DNA of 63,279 bases, the filler included, from Octopus bimaculoides (taxonomy: Eukaryota): NCBI RefSeq assembly GCF_001194135.2. It is 4 parts of 4 records of this genome, joined end to end, with 100 filler letters (N's around TTAATTAATTAA, not from the genome) between each part and the next. Parts side by side here need not be neighbours in the genome. Positions count along the whole stretch, not along the records: positions 1 to 20,529 come from NC_068983.1; 3 more parts are not named here. One strand, given 5' to 3'. The first letter of the stretch is position 1. Every line of letters starts with the position of its first letter. Below, in pieces: positions 1 through 11,504 of this stretch. The notes under the pieces are model-generated. The model worked only from the letters and a program-made list of their open reading frames with translations. It did no database searches and was not told the origin of the DNA. Made by a program: the position numbers and the translations under genes.

Positions 1-984
1 ATATATATAAAATTATATATATATAATAATTATATATATATTATATATATATATAACATATATATATAATTATATGCTGGCTATCCTAATTACAACTTCA
101 ACATAATAAACTGGAAGATAAATGAATAGAAAAACTTAGAAAAAAAAGAAGCTCCTGACAGTGTTCTGAAACCACCACTCAAGAGCTGATTTAGAATGAC
201 TATGCATATCTTTAACACAAGGAAGGGAAGCAAGATTTGAAACAGATAGATAACTACTACAAAATAACAATAGTAGAACTAGAAAAAGATTTAGAATTAG
301 GAAAAAGGAAGCTGATAAGTATAATAAAGAAACATGTAAAATAAACAACTTTTCCTGTATATATGGAAAAGAGAAAAATAGAAACAGTTAACTAACATCA
401 CTAAAATAACAGATTTAGGTAAGTCCAAAACAGCTGAATGCATTAGAAAGAGAAAGAACAAAACCAAAAGAATGTACCAAAACATATTGATGCAAAAATG
501 GTGAGAAAACCACTCTGAGTCCAATATCTCACAATACTCCACAGTTAGGATGTAAGCATAAGTAAAAGCCAACAATAGCTCAAAAGTTTTTGACTAAAAG
601 GCTGAAACAGAAAGTTTGATACTGGTTTTAGAAGACTAATGGCTTGATCACAAACAACTACGAAAATAAAATGGAAAAAGAAAGTGCAAATTCAATTGTA
701 GACTATGAAACCAGTACATTGATTGACTACATCTCCTTCCAGACTACCCAGTCCTTGTTAAGTTAGAATGTTTTTGCAGTTGATCAAGTTTGTGGCTTAG
801 TCCAATGGGTAATATGCCAACAATTCAATATTAAAACAGACAAGAAATGGTATAACCATGAACTAAACATGGTATTTGACAACAACCTAACTATAATCAT
901 CTTGGTTATCTCTGTTCAAATTACAAGGAAAGTGAAGCAAACTATCCAGATATTGTAATCAAGGAAAGTAAAGCAAATACATGA

Positions 985-1355
985 TGATGATGATCATGAT
1001 CATCATCATCGTTTAACGTCCGCTTTCCATGCTAGCATGGGTTTGACGATTTTACTGAGGACTGGTGGAACCCGAAGGCTACACCAGGCTCCAATCTGAT
1101 TTGGCAGAATTTCTACAGCTGGATGCCCTTCCTAATGCCAACCACTCCAAGAGTGTAGTAGGTGCTTTTACGTGTCACCCGCACGAAGGCCAGTCAGGCG
1201 ATACTGGCAACGGGCCATGCTCAAAATGGTGTGCCACCCAAAATGGTGTGCCACCCAAAATGGTGTGCCACCCACGCAAGAGCCAGTCCAGGGGCACTGG
1301 CAACAATCTCGCTCGAAAGTCCTTACACATGCTGCGGGCACAAGTGCCAGTGATA
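985..1355 (-). mobile_element. SINE family E (RTE-like 3' tail ...GGACGTTAAACGATGATG)
   Basis: Reverse complement matches 11700-11955. Has a (GAT)n tail and splits the LINE endonuclease region. Confidence 0.8.
1222..1272 (+). repeat. 3 x 17-bp perfect tandem repeat CAAAATGGTGTGCCACC
   Basis: Read directly at 1222, 1239 and 1256. Confidence 0.95.
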
Positions 1356-1856
1356 GACAACATAATCATCTATGATCAAAACATTGTTCAAAAGGAAATG
1401 GAGAAACAGTCCAAATTAAAGGATGTTGAAAGTAAAATTAACAGGATATGAGTCATTGAAGTAAAAACAGTACCAGTAACAATTAAAAAATATGAGCAAA
1501 ATCATATGAGCCATACTTAGTTTCACAGTATTACAATATTACCTCCAGACCAGAAAATTGCTTTACTAGGTGCAGTCCATATCCTGTGCAGAGCACTTTT
1601 AATTCAATAGTACAACTCACACAACACACTCTCTGCACACAAAACATCCTGTGCAATAAGCACCTAATAAAATAAATCAACTAAAACTGCACATATACAT
1701 AATCATTACCCAACAAAATTAAACAGCATAGTCCTATATAACTGATAACTGGCACTATATTGCTGATAATTCACACAAATGTCATTCTACACAACCACTG
1801 TACATTAATGCTACATAGACCTTGCACGATATAGTGTGCATAATAATAATAATGAT

Positions 1857-2070
1857 GTTTCAAATTTTGCCACAAGGGCAGCAGTTTTGGTGGGGTGGAC
1901 GAGTTGATTACATCAACCCCAGTGTTCAACTGGTTCTTTTTTTATCGACCCCAAAAGGATGAAAGGCAAAGTTGACCTCGGCGGAATTTGAGCTCAGAAT
2001 GTAGCAACAGACAAAGTACCGTTAAGTATTTTGTTCAGCACGCTAATGATTTTACCAGGACGCCACCCTG
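1857..2070 (-). mobile_element. tRNA-derived SINE family A
   Basis: Minus strand has a B-box-like GAGCTCAAATTCC and a body matching GAGGTCRACTTTGCCTTTCATCCTTTYGGGGTCGAT, with an (ATT)n tail. About 10 copies in the window. Confidence 0.85.
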
Positions 2071-2097
2071 CATGACAACAACAATAATAATAATAAT

Positions 2098-2133
<36 letters not shown>

Positions 2134-2137
2134 AATA

Positions 2138-2665
2138 GGCTTTCATGGCTTCTCATCTTAACTGACTGGAAGTGTTATCATGTACATTGTTTTGTCTTGG
2201 TATAAAAGATGGGCTACAGCAAATATTCTGCTCAATATCACAGATTTGCTTGTCAGTTGTTTGACCTTAACCAGTTGAGCATGTCCCTTAGTGGCTGATG
2301 ATATGTGCACTAATTACTAGCAGAAGTAGTTGGGGAGCATGATAGCTATGTGTTGAGAGGAATTCTTTGGGGTTTGGATAATTCAACTCTGGAAACATGG
2401 GTGTTTCATTCAGCGTCCTTAAACAACCCTTATTCAGGGACCTTTTGAGTGGGATGGGCTACTCGACCTGAAGAAAATTCTAACTGGGCCCCACCTGCAA
2501 GGTCATGCACTGTTTATCTTGATATGAGATCACCATGTCACACATACATGGTTGTGATGCATGTGCCTGATGTACCGTTATCAGAAGTGTAGTCATGATG
2601 GGTATACTGGGCTTTGTATATTTTACCCCAGTGTCACTTTGATGGCATGCACTGCTCTCTCACTC
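2138..2665 (+). mobile_element. Non-coding ~530-bp interspersed element F, copy 1
   Basis: Colinear with 30315-30902, 33844-34357 and 38470-38966. Flanked by (AAT/AAC)n. Confidence 0.85.
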
Positions 2666-2686
2666 AATAATAATATAATGATAATG

Positions 2687-2889
2687 ATTTCAAATTTTGA
2701 CACAAGACCTGCAGTTTTGAGGGCGGGGTTAAGTCAATTACATCAACTTCAGTGCTCAACTGGTACTTATTTCATCTACTCCAAAAGAATGAATAGTAAA
2801 GTTAACCTCGGTGGGATTTGAACTCAGAAAGTACAGATGGACAAAATGCCTCTAAGCATTTTGCACAGTATGCTAATGCTTCTGCCAGC
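2687..2889 (-). mobile_element. SINE family A
   Basis: Homologous to 1857-2070 and abuts (TAA)n. Confidence 0.85.
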
Positions 2890-2919
2890 AAGAATTTAGT
2901 CTGAAAACTGTAAAGGTTG

Positions 2920-3165
2920 TGTCTAATAATAATTGGTGCATTGGGAACTGTAAAGATAGACAAAGGGTTGAAGGAGATTGGAATCGAATGTCCTGTAGAG
3001 AGCTTGTGCTGAAAGTTTGTCTCTTAGGGACAGGGAAGATTATCAGGAGGATCTTAAGCACTTGAAAAACTATTGAAAGCTTGTGGATACCTATGGTTAC
3101 AGGTTGTAACCTGCTACCCACATAAATTTTACGAGGATTAAGAATGAACCTGAGTCAAATAAATA
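2920..3165 (+). mobile_element. R4/Dong-like LINE extreme 3' end (distinct lineage)
   Basis: Encodes IIIGALGTVK...GIECPVE...VCLLGTGKIIRRILST*, followed by a 3' UTR and (TAA)n. Confidence 0.75.
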
Positions 3166-3183
3166 ATAATAGTAATAATGATA

Positions 3184-3441
3184 ATCCTTTCTAGTAAAGG
3201 CACAAGACCTAAAAATTAGGAGGAGGGTACTAGTTGATTACATCAACCCCAGTGTTTCATTGGTACTTAATTTATCGACCCCAAAAGGATGAAAGGCAAA
3301 GCCAACCTCGGTAGAATTTGAACTCAGAATGTAGTGACGGGCGAAATACCACTAAGCCTTTTGTCCAGGTGCTAACGACTCTGCCTGCTCACCGCCTTCT
3401 CTCTGCCAGCTTGTCACCTTACTCTGCTTGCTCACTGCCTT
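3184..3441 (-). mobile_element. SINE family A with triplicated 5' head
   Basis: Body spans 3184-3398. Three diverged CTCTGCC.GCT..C.GCCTT units at 3377-3441. Confidence 0.8.
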
Positions 3442-3569
3442 AAGAAGAAGAAGAAGAAGAAGAATGATAATTTCTAATTTAGGCACAGAATGTAAAACGC
3501 AGAAACAAATATCACAAGGCATTTTTTTCTAACTTGCTTATGATTCTGCCAATCCAACACCCTCAAATA

Positions 3570-3719
3570 CTACTACACTCCTGCTGCTGCTACTGCTGCC
3601 ACCACTATCACAACCACCACTGCTGCTGCCGCCCTCACTACTACTATTACTACTACTACTACTACTACTACTACTGCAACTACTACTACCACCACCACCA
3701 CCGCCGCCGCTGCTACTAC

Positions 3720-3750
<31 letters not shown>

Positions 3751-3805
3751 ACTACTACTACTACTACTACTACTACTGCTGCTGATGATGATGATGGTGA
3801 TGATG
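3570..3805. repeat. Compound trinucleotide microsatellite (TAC/TGC/CAC/GAT)
   Basis: Direct reading. Confidence 0.95.
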
Positions 3806-3809
3806 ATTT

Positions 3810-4560
3810 CTATAAATTCCTAGGCATGGATGATTAGTATAAGTGTGTTGTTTGAAAGCTTTGCCAAAGCAATGAGAAATGAATATTTGAGTGTCAAAAT
3901 ATTTTCAAAGATCCATTTCAGTAGCAAGGCAACCATATGTACCATGAAGACATTTGCAGTGTCAGCCAAAACAGATGGTTCTGTAATGTTGGGTTGGAAC
4001 ACATCTAGATTCTATAGACTGTAATATTAAAAATCTATTTAAATAAAATATCATATACCACATAGTAATCCTGACATCCAGTGACTATACATCCTTCAAA
4101 AGAGGTGGTAGGAGTCTATTGAGTTTCAAGAAATAGTTTCAGAAGATAGTTATTAATGTTGCTTCCTACCTTTCTGATAAATGTGAAATCCTGCTACAAA
4201 GCCTTGTTGACTATGACCATACAGCACGTAGTGGATTTATTATCTACAGAGCAAGAAAATTCTTCTAAGAAATTGGATTAGGTTTCAAACTATTAATTTC
4301 TAAATTGATTATTAGCAGTAAAAGCTGATATACTGTTGGCATACAAAATGACTTGGTGAACAATCATGAAAGTGTGCTTTTACTTTGCTAATAACTTTGT
4401 GGACTGAATATAAAACTTGACTTGGAAGAAAAGATCCAGATTGAATGAGATAGCAAAAGGAACAATATTCACCATGAAGGAACACCCTATCTCCACTAGA
4501 TATAATGAAAGAAATGTTTAGATGATAAATAGCAATTGTGTTGTGCATTTGCTGAAGTTA
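3810..4560 (+). mobile_element. Decayed RLE-type LINE, post-RT region
   Basis: KAMRNEYL..KIFSKIHFSSKATICTMKTFAV, ...KRGGRSL (GGRGL-like motif, ~4095-4120) and GTIFTMKEHPISTRY (~4460-4500). Confidence 0.6.
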
Positions 4561-4589
4561 TATATATGTATGATGGACTCTCCTATTAA

Positions 4590-4870
4590 AGACGGTGTAT
4601 AAGTGTTTAGCTTTTGCCAAACGACTTGCACAAATGATTTGTTTATAGTGATCAAATGTATGTGTGGTACATTAGCTCACTCCTTCCATCAAATCAATGT
4701 TGCCTGAACAGGTGCATGTTGTGCCACATGTCAGTTGTTGACGTGATGGCAGAGCAACATGTGATGAAGTGTTTTGCTCAAGAACACAAAGCACCATCCA
4801 TTCTAGGAATTGAAACTACGATCTCGTGATCGTGAATGCAACACCCTAACCACTAGGCTGTGCATCCTCA
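4590..4870 (-). mobile_element. tRNA-derived SINE family C
   Basis: Minus-strand head CAGCCTAGTGGTTAGGG...GTAGTTTCAATTCC (A/B boxes), then GTGTTCTTGAGCAAAACACTT (CORE-like). Confidence 0.8.
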
Positions 4871-7840
4871 CTATATATATATATATATATATATATNNNN
4901 NNNNNNNNNNNNNNNNNNNNNNNNNNNNNNNNNNNNNNNNNNNNNNNNNNNNNNNNNNNNNNNNNNNNNNNNNNNNNNACACACACACACACACACACAC
5001 ACATACACATATAGACATGGATATATGGGTTATGAAGTTCACTTTGTATCAACATGGCTTTGATTTGGTCCCACGTTCTGGCACATGAAGCAAATGTTTA
5101 CTATAGCCCTGAGCCAACCAAATCCCTACCATCACCCATCTTTATTGCCATCAGTCACACTTTCCCTCACATTACTCTCGCTGGTGCCTGTCACTCATTA
5201 TTGACATACATCACCCTCGTTTCTCTTTCATCATTCTGTATGCCAGTCTTTCTCTCATCCTTCATCACATGGCTCATGCTGTTCTTCTTTTCAACCACCT
5301 TACTGGTAAATGACATATAGCTGTCATTACTGCTTTTTCCCCATTATTTTCCCACCTATTATTCTTTTGCCCCTGTCACCTGTTTCCCTATATATTTTCT
5401 CTTCTTTCATTCTCTCACTCTGGTTCTCATTTTGTCATCTCTCTCTCTTCTCTTCTTCTCTCAGTCACATTGCCTTGAATGAATAGTAATGAATAGTGAT
5501 CACTGTTTAGCCTTACATGGACAAAGTAACTTCAGTTGTTCTGATGCTGCAATAAAATTCACCTCGTAACTGTTTAAAATGTTTGGTAAAAGAACAGAAA
5601 CAACATAAGATCGAAAAGATTCTCTTAGCCTTGCTGTGGACATGTCAACCTTTCTAGTGATGAGGTCATCATAAAATGCTACCAGTGCACTCTGTAATGT
5701 GGTAGACATTAGGAGGGTATCCAGATGTAGAAACATGCCAAAAAGAAACATGCAAATGAGATGTGGTCTTAAACCTAATTATAATGGTATCAACTTCAAA
5801 TAAGAACTGACTTAGGTTGTGATGACCCATCCAACTCATTCCGTCGATAAAATATGGATGTAAAATGATGATGAGGACACTAGAAATGTATTTTAAGATG
5901 GCTACAACAGCTTACAGCTGAAAAAGGCAGTAATTTTGATATGTATTGGAGGGGAAGACCTTTGTGAAATTTATTATACACTTAATGACAACAAAATAAT
6001 TTTTTGAGCACAAAAAGACTTAACTAACATTATATTTTAGCCCACAAAAAATTTTGACTTCTGATAGCTGCATGGTCTGGTTTATTTCAGCCTTAGATAA
6101 AGAGTCTTTGTTTTGTGAATTCCTTAGCTGAAAACAAATGCAAGAACGTGATTTTGATAAGTGTGATAATGATACTGCAATAGTAGATAATTTCATTAAG
6201 AAGATAAATCACTCTGTGAAAATAAAACTGTTGTAGTCACCCAGCATTATACCTAAGAAGTTGATAGCATTCGTGCAGGTAACCCAGCAGCAACCAAAAT
6301 GCACAGAAGAAAGTCTATCTATCACCTATAATGAAGAACATATTGATTATATCAAATATATCAGGCAATCATAAACTAATGATTATAGAAAGAAATAGAT
6401 CTTCTATGTGTGTTGTTTCATATTTCATATCTTTTCTGATTCAATATATCTGGTGAAGAGGAAAATCTGCTTCTCATGGAAGATGTCAGCTTTTTTGCAA
6501 ATATATGCAAATCAAAGAAACTGCTTTTTTTTTTCACAACTTCAGTAATACTTTATCACTTCTGCTTACACTAAAACATGAAGAGCAATTACATTAAGTT
6601 ACATGGATAAACACTGTCAGTCAATAATGATGAATTTATATTTTAGACCAAGGGTGATTATCAACTAAAACATCAACAAATAAAAGTCATAGATTAGTCA
6701 CATCATTCACTATCGATTCTAGAGCAACATGTAATTTAATTGATAAAGCTGCATTTAATAAAATCAAGTTTAATTAAATCCTGAAACAATTATTCAATCA
6801 TGCAAAATGAAAATATTTACCATAGGCTCAACTGCTTTTCTAGCTTTACTTGGGGGTCATTCAGGCTGCACTTGAAATTGACTCAATTCTCTACCTTTAT
6901 AGAATATTTGTTACCATATCTATGACTGGTAATTGTTTATTGGGATGTGAGACAGCTTCATCCTTTGACTTAAAGTAAGCTCTATAAATAATCTAACAAC
7001 AACAACAACAACAACGAGTGATTCATTTTAATTACTAAATAATTTGCTGAAGGCAGTGTTAATTTAAAAGACTTTATGTTAAAATAATTAATCAGATATA
7101 ATATAAAACCTATAATACAACCTTTGAGAAAAATATCTTTTCAAGTAAAGAAACGAGTAGAGATCGAATGGTAAAGGCTCTAAAACATGGTTCTTGCTGT
7201 TGATTGTAATACAAAAAAAAAAAAATAAAACAAAAAAAAAATAAGATGGCTACATATGTTTGTTTGTGGAACTATGCAGAGTAGTTACAACTATCCAAAG
7301 GAGATATCTAATACCTACTCATGATATGATAAGGTACTGGAAAATTTTTATCAATCATGCTTCTTTTCAAAACTGGATATTAATAAGAGCTGTTATAAGG
7401 TAGAATTAGAGCTTTAGTCATGTCATATAACAAGATTTGCTTCTTCCAGTGGGCTGTATCAGCATAAATGTTTGGTTCTTGGAATTTCCACAGCATTTGA
7501 AGTTTTTCAAAAAGTCATTAGCAGTCTTTTCAATTCTGAACTTAATATAAGTAATATTGCAGATGAGATTCTAGCAGATTTAAAAAAAAATATGACACTA
7601 AATCAATGTTTAATGATATTGTGTAAATAGCCTGACATTAAATTACAAGAAGTGTGTTTTCTACATTAAGATATTTTGGCTTCATTGTTTTGAATGAGAG
7701 ATTTAAACTGTCAGGGAATAATATTTAAATGTCCCAGAACAGAACCCCAATTCAGTTTTATATTTAAGAGATGAGGAATTATTAACATTATTTACATTAT
7801 TTACATTTGACGGATATTTGTCCTCATCTTGTTTGTTGTT

Positions 7841-7886
7841 AACACAACGTTTCGGCTGATATACCCTCCAGCCTTTGTCAGGTGTC
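7841..7886 (-). ncRNA. Minimal type-I hammerhead motif (core CUGACAA, G8A)
   Basis: GACAC-CUGACAA-A-GGCUG/CAGCC-GAAA-CG-UU-GUGUU: stem I GACAC/GUGUU, stem II 5 bp, palindromic AACGUU stem III. Confidence 0.65.
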
Positions 7887-8156
7887 TTGGGGAAATTTCG
7901 AACCTGGGTTCTCATTCCTAACGATGTTACTATTATTTTATTATTATTATTAATGGCGTAGTGGTTAAGAGCCCAGGCTACTAACCCCAAGGTTCCGAGT
8001 TCGATTCACGGCAGCGACCTGATTAATAATAGTAATAATAATAATAAAATAATAGTAACATCGTTAGGAATGAGAACCCAGGTTCGAAATTTCCCCAAGA
8101 CACCTGTCGAAGNNNNNNNNNNTAGGAATGAGAACCCAGGTTCGAAATTTCCCCAA

Positions 8157-8202
8157 GACACCTGTCGAAGGCTGGAGGGTATATCAGCCGAAACGTTGTG
8201 TT
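8157..8202 (+). ncRNA. Minimal type-I hammerhead motif (core CUGUCGA, A6U)
   Basis: Same fold as 7841-7886; predicted GUU cleavage after 8197. Confidence 0.65.
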
Positions 8203-9495
8203 AACAACAAACAAGATGAGGACAAATATCCGTCAAATGTAAATAATGTAAATAATGAGAACCCCAATTGAATTAAGAAATGTTTTCTTGGTTGCATCAG
8301 GTAACATGTAACTATTAAGACAAATTATACTATGGAAATAGAAACTGGAAAGATGGAGAGAGAGAGAGAGAGACAAAGAGAGAGAGAAAGACAGGGGGCA
8401 GAGAAGGGACTTCAGAGAGCTGTTGAACAAGAGAAAATATTTCTGGAATTAAGATTGTGCAAAACGTCATATATAACATTATCATACTTTAATACCAAAC
8501 AAAATGCTTCCATTGATGCTGACACCAGTCCTGTTGGATTTTGCACTGTACCAGTACAACATGATTCCCAAGACAAATGTCATATAATTTCCTTTGCATA
8601 CAAAACACTTTTAACAACTTTTGTCCAACTGTGATGTGGGCAAGTAAAAATTTCCACACATATCCATACAGTAGGCAATTGACAAACATCTTTAGTGAGC
8701 CTCAATTGCTATAAATATTATTTAGTGCATAAATGGAGTGTTTGCCAAGAATATTTCACTGGTGACTTAGATTGATGTCCTACAATTACAAACTGCAGTC
8801 CATAAAGAGCGTCAGCGGCATTGTTACATCAGCCAATACCAACAATAGAGTATGTTGATGAGGATGACTGTTGTGAATGATATGTAAATTTTGTAATTGC
8901 AAATGCTTTTCCTAAAGCCATGACCTTATCTAATTTGTTAAAACATTCAAAGGAAAACTCATCTACAGAAGTATTTCAAAATGATAAATGAAAAATTTCA
9001 GCTGTTTGAATTTATCTGCTTATAGAACAAGAGCTTATAGAGGAATAAGGTATTGTTCTATGAGGAGATCAAATCTTCATTACTTTTGCATTAACAACAT
9101 GAGTATCATTTTGAATTGGAGAAAAAAAAAAAAAAGCAACAACTGAGAAGTAAAGTATGGTGGCCCAACTTCAGCAGAATTATACAGTTGGAAATTAGAA
9201 ATTGTTTGATATGTGTGTGTCATTTGAACCATTTAAACCATTAATAATGTGGTAGCACTGCATGCTTCACACAAATTGTTTGAGATGTCATGTGACACAA
9301 CTTGATAGTCAGGGGATCAGAACCATTAAACATGGTTACCCATTCAATGAAAAAAGTTTGTTTATTCATCTGAAGAAGGCTTCCTAGAAGTAAAAGATCT
9401 CTTGCATCAATGGCTTTGTTTTAGATAAACACTTTCCTTTAAAACTACATAAGCACATTATTATTATTATTACCACAAGGCATTTTTATTATATA

Positions 9496-10260
9496 CTAGC
9501 AGAGGCACCCGGCGTTGCTTGGGAATGAAATTGTTGCTTATATACTTGAAGAAAAAAAGGCAAAATATGCTGTATAGAAATTTGAGAGGACATTCTGTAG
9601 ATGGACTCTCAGATGAATGATGGCTGGGTGCCTCTCATGAATGGGGAAAATTGAAGATGTGCCAAAAAGCCTCATTGGTACTTGGAAACTTTTACGAAAA
9701 TTAAAATGGGGATTAAATGAAAAAAATGATTTACGTGAATATCCTCACAAGAGTNNNNNNNNNNTCACTCACACTCTGTCTCTTACAAACACGCACGCGC
9801 GCGCATACACACGTGTGTCTGTAAATATGTTTGTATACATTTATGTATGTGTGTGTTTGTAAGAGACAGAGTGTGAGTGAGTCAAGGTGTGTGTGTGTGC
9901 GTGTGTATGTGTGTGAGACAGAGTGAGAGAGCGGTGTGTATGTAGTATTTACTCTCTCTCTCTCTCTCATACACACGAACACACACACTCACACACAAAA
10001 TAGAGAGTGAAGCTTTTTGCCGTTGTTACGTCAATACCGGAAGTTGACATTGAGGAACCCTTTTAAAGAAGTTAATCTTAAATATAAAGCAATATTATTT
10101 AGTTTTAATTAAAAAAATCAAATGAAGAGCCTAAGATTTATCCGAGGTCAAATTATTCATGCATTACAAGTATGGAAGCATTTGGTGAAGTCGATTTCAC
10201 GTGAAAAGCGATTACACACACATCTCTGTTTTATATATAGTATAGATTATGTATATTATG
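9496..10260 (+). mobile_element. Helitron/HINE (DINE-1/Lep1-like) non-autonomous element
   Basis: 5' (A)CTAGCAGAGGCACCCGGCGTTGCTTGGG hairpin end, internal microsatellites, and 3' ...TTTTATATATAGTATAGAT. Assigned by resemblance only. Confidence 0.55.
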
Positions 10261-10904
10261 TATTATTACCACAAGGCATTTTTATTATATATGAACAACA
10301 ATCATAGAAAAAATTAAAATAATGATAGTAACAATGGTCTTGTATTTAATGATAATATTAAAGATTTCTTTATTTTTCACATACAGGCTAATTATGACAG
10401 AAGATATATTCAACTAATATTGCCTGAAATGCTTTTGGTTGGCTTTGTTGTAATTTCTAATGTGATGTGCAGCTGACCTGTCCAACCCATTTGTAAAGTA
10501 GACAGTAAATCATTGCTATTGCCACAAGTGATAATAATGGTACACATATGTAGATGCTACTTACCTAAAGTTATCCAACTCAAGAATGTGTGTGGATTCC
10601 ACTCCAAGAGAAAAGTATTTCATGAGAGGAAGAGCATTCTGTTGTAGAACATCTGTACCTGGAACATAAAACTAATATCAAGATTAGTGTATTCAGTGTA
10701 GTTACACATCATTGTTATCATCATTTTATGTCTGCTTTTCCATGTTGACATGGGTTGGATGGATTTTCTGAGGCATTATTTCATGGCTCAGTGTTCTTCT
10801 TTCTGCCAATCATTTTTCATCACTTCTTACAATATACAGAGGTATAGTTTAACTATTCTGAAACAGGGAGGCACACAATAGAATACACAAACATAGTAAA
10901 TTGA

Positions 10905-11296
10905 GGTGGTTGTGTGGTAAGTAGCTTGCTTACCAACCACATGGTTCTGGGTTCAGTCCCACTGTGTGGCACCTTGGGGAAGTGTCTTCTACTATAGCCT
11001 CAAGCCAACCGAAGCCTTGTAAGTGGATTTGGTAGATGGAAACAGAAAGAAGCCTGTCGCACGTATATATATATGTGTGTGTGTTTGTGTGTCTGTTTGT
11101 CGCCCCATCATCGCTTGACAACCAATGTTGGTGTGTTTATGCCCCCATAACTTAGCAGTTTGGCAAAAGAGACTGATAGAAGAATAAGTACTAGGCTTAC
11201 AAAGAATAAGTCCTGGGGTTGATTTGTTTGACTAAAGGCAGTGCTCGAGCATGGTCACACTCAAATGACTGAATCAAATAAAAGAATAAAAGAATA
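10905..11296 (+). mobile_element. SINE family D, full length
   Basis: tRNA-like head (TGTGTGGTAAG...GGTTCAGTCCC), CORE-like GCACCTTGGGGAAGTGTC, internal (TA)/(GT)n and (TAAAAGAA)n tail. Homologous to 19191, 47697 and 62058. Confidence 0.85.
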
Positions 11297-11504
11297 TTGT
11301 TTAATAAGCTTTCAACTTCCATTTCCCTTTTCATCTTTTTGTATTCGTCACTCTCATTGTACCGAACACATCAAAGTAGTCTTGAATTGAATCACCAAGG
11401 GAGCTACTACATGGTCTCCAAACTGCAAGAAATAGTTACCAAACTCCCTGAAATCACTTCTTGCTTTTATTTTTTTGTATAAATGAAGGAAATATTGTAA
11501 AATA

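Larger units (their letters stand above)
75..1850 (+). mobile_element. Decayed R4/Dong-like (RLE-type) non-LTR retrotransposon, 3' part, interrupted by a SINE at ~985-1355
   Basis: Broken-frame peptides: KAETESLIL (~598-627), NYPDIVIKE (PD motif, ~940-965), DQNIVQKEMEKQSKLKDVESKINRI (~1375-1450) and QKIALLGAVHILCRAL (~1550-1600). Ends in (TAA)n at ~1840. Confidence 0.8.
7753..8257. mobile_element. Head-to-head composite: inverted tail + tRNA-headed SINE with hammerhead-bearing Penelope-like tail, flanked by 12-bp TSD
   Basis: 7786-7953 is the near-perfect reverse complement of 8023-8257. A/B-box head at 7953-8022. AGAACCCCAATT occurs at 7741-7752 and 8258-8269. Confidence 0.85.
5860..9460 (+). 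mobile_element. Decayed Ty3/Gypsy LTR retrotransposon internal region (gag-PR-RT-RH-IN)
   Basis: gag-like LICIGGEDLCEIYYTL (~5935-5990); protease ITFTIDSRATCNLIDK (~6700-6750); RT LDINKSCYKVELE...GLYQHKCLVLGISTAFEVFQK...NIADEIL (~7375-7575); RNase H ORF 8332-8634 (DADTSPVGF...IISFAYKTL); integrase HHCC HEYH...QLRSKVWWP (~9095-9165). Many stops and frameshifts; LTRs not found. Confidence 0.8.

Noticed and set aside
1222-1272. CRISPR-like repeat
   Set aside because: Contiguous repeats with no spacers, in a eukaryotic SINE; no cas genes.
1065-1451. 128-aa ORF as a novel gene
   Set aside because: A chance fusion of antisense SINE-E sequence with the resumed LINE endonuclease frame.
7953-8022. 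Possible tRNA gene
   Set aside because: A and B boxes are present, but I cannot fold an acceptor stem or cloverleaf; it is a SINE head.
8063-8172. Apparent tandem duplication within the right arm (also 57040-57160, and possibly the unit at 33302-33417)
   Set aside because: The duplicated text sits on both sides of 10-N gaps, typical of unmerged contig overlaps; not counted as real copies.
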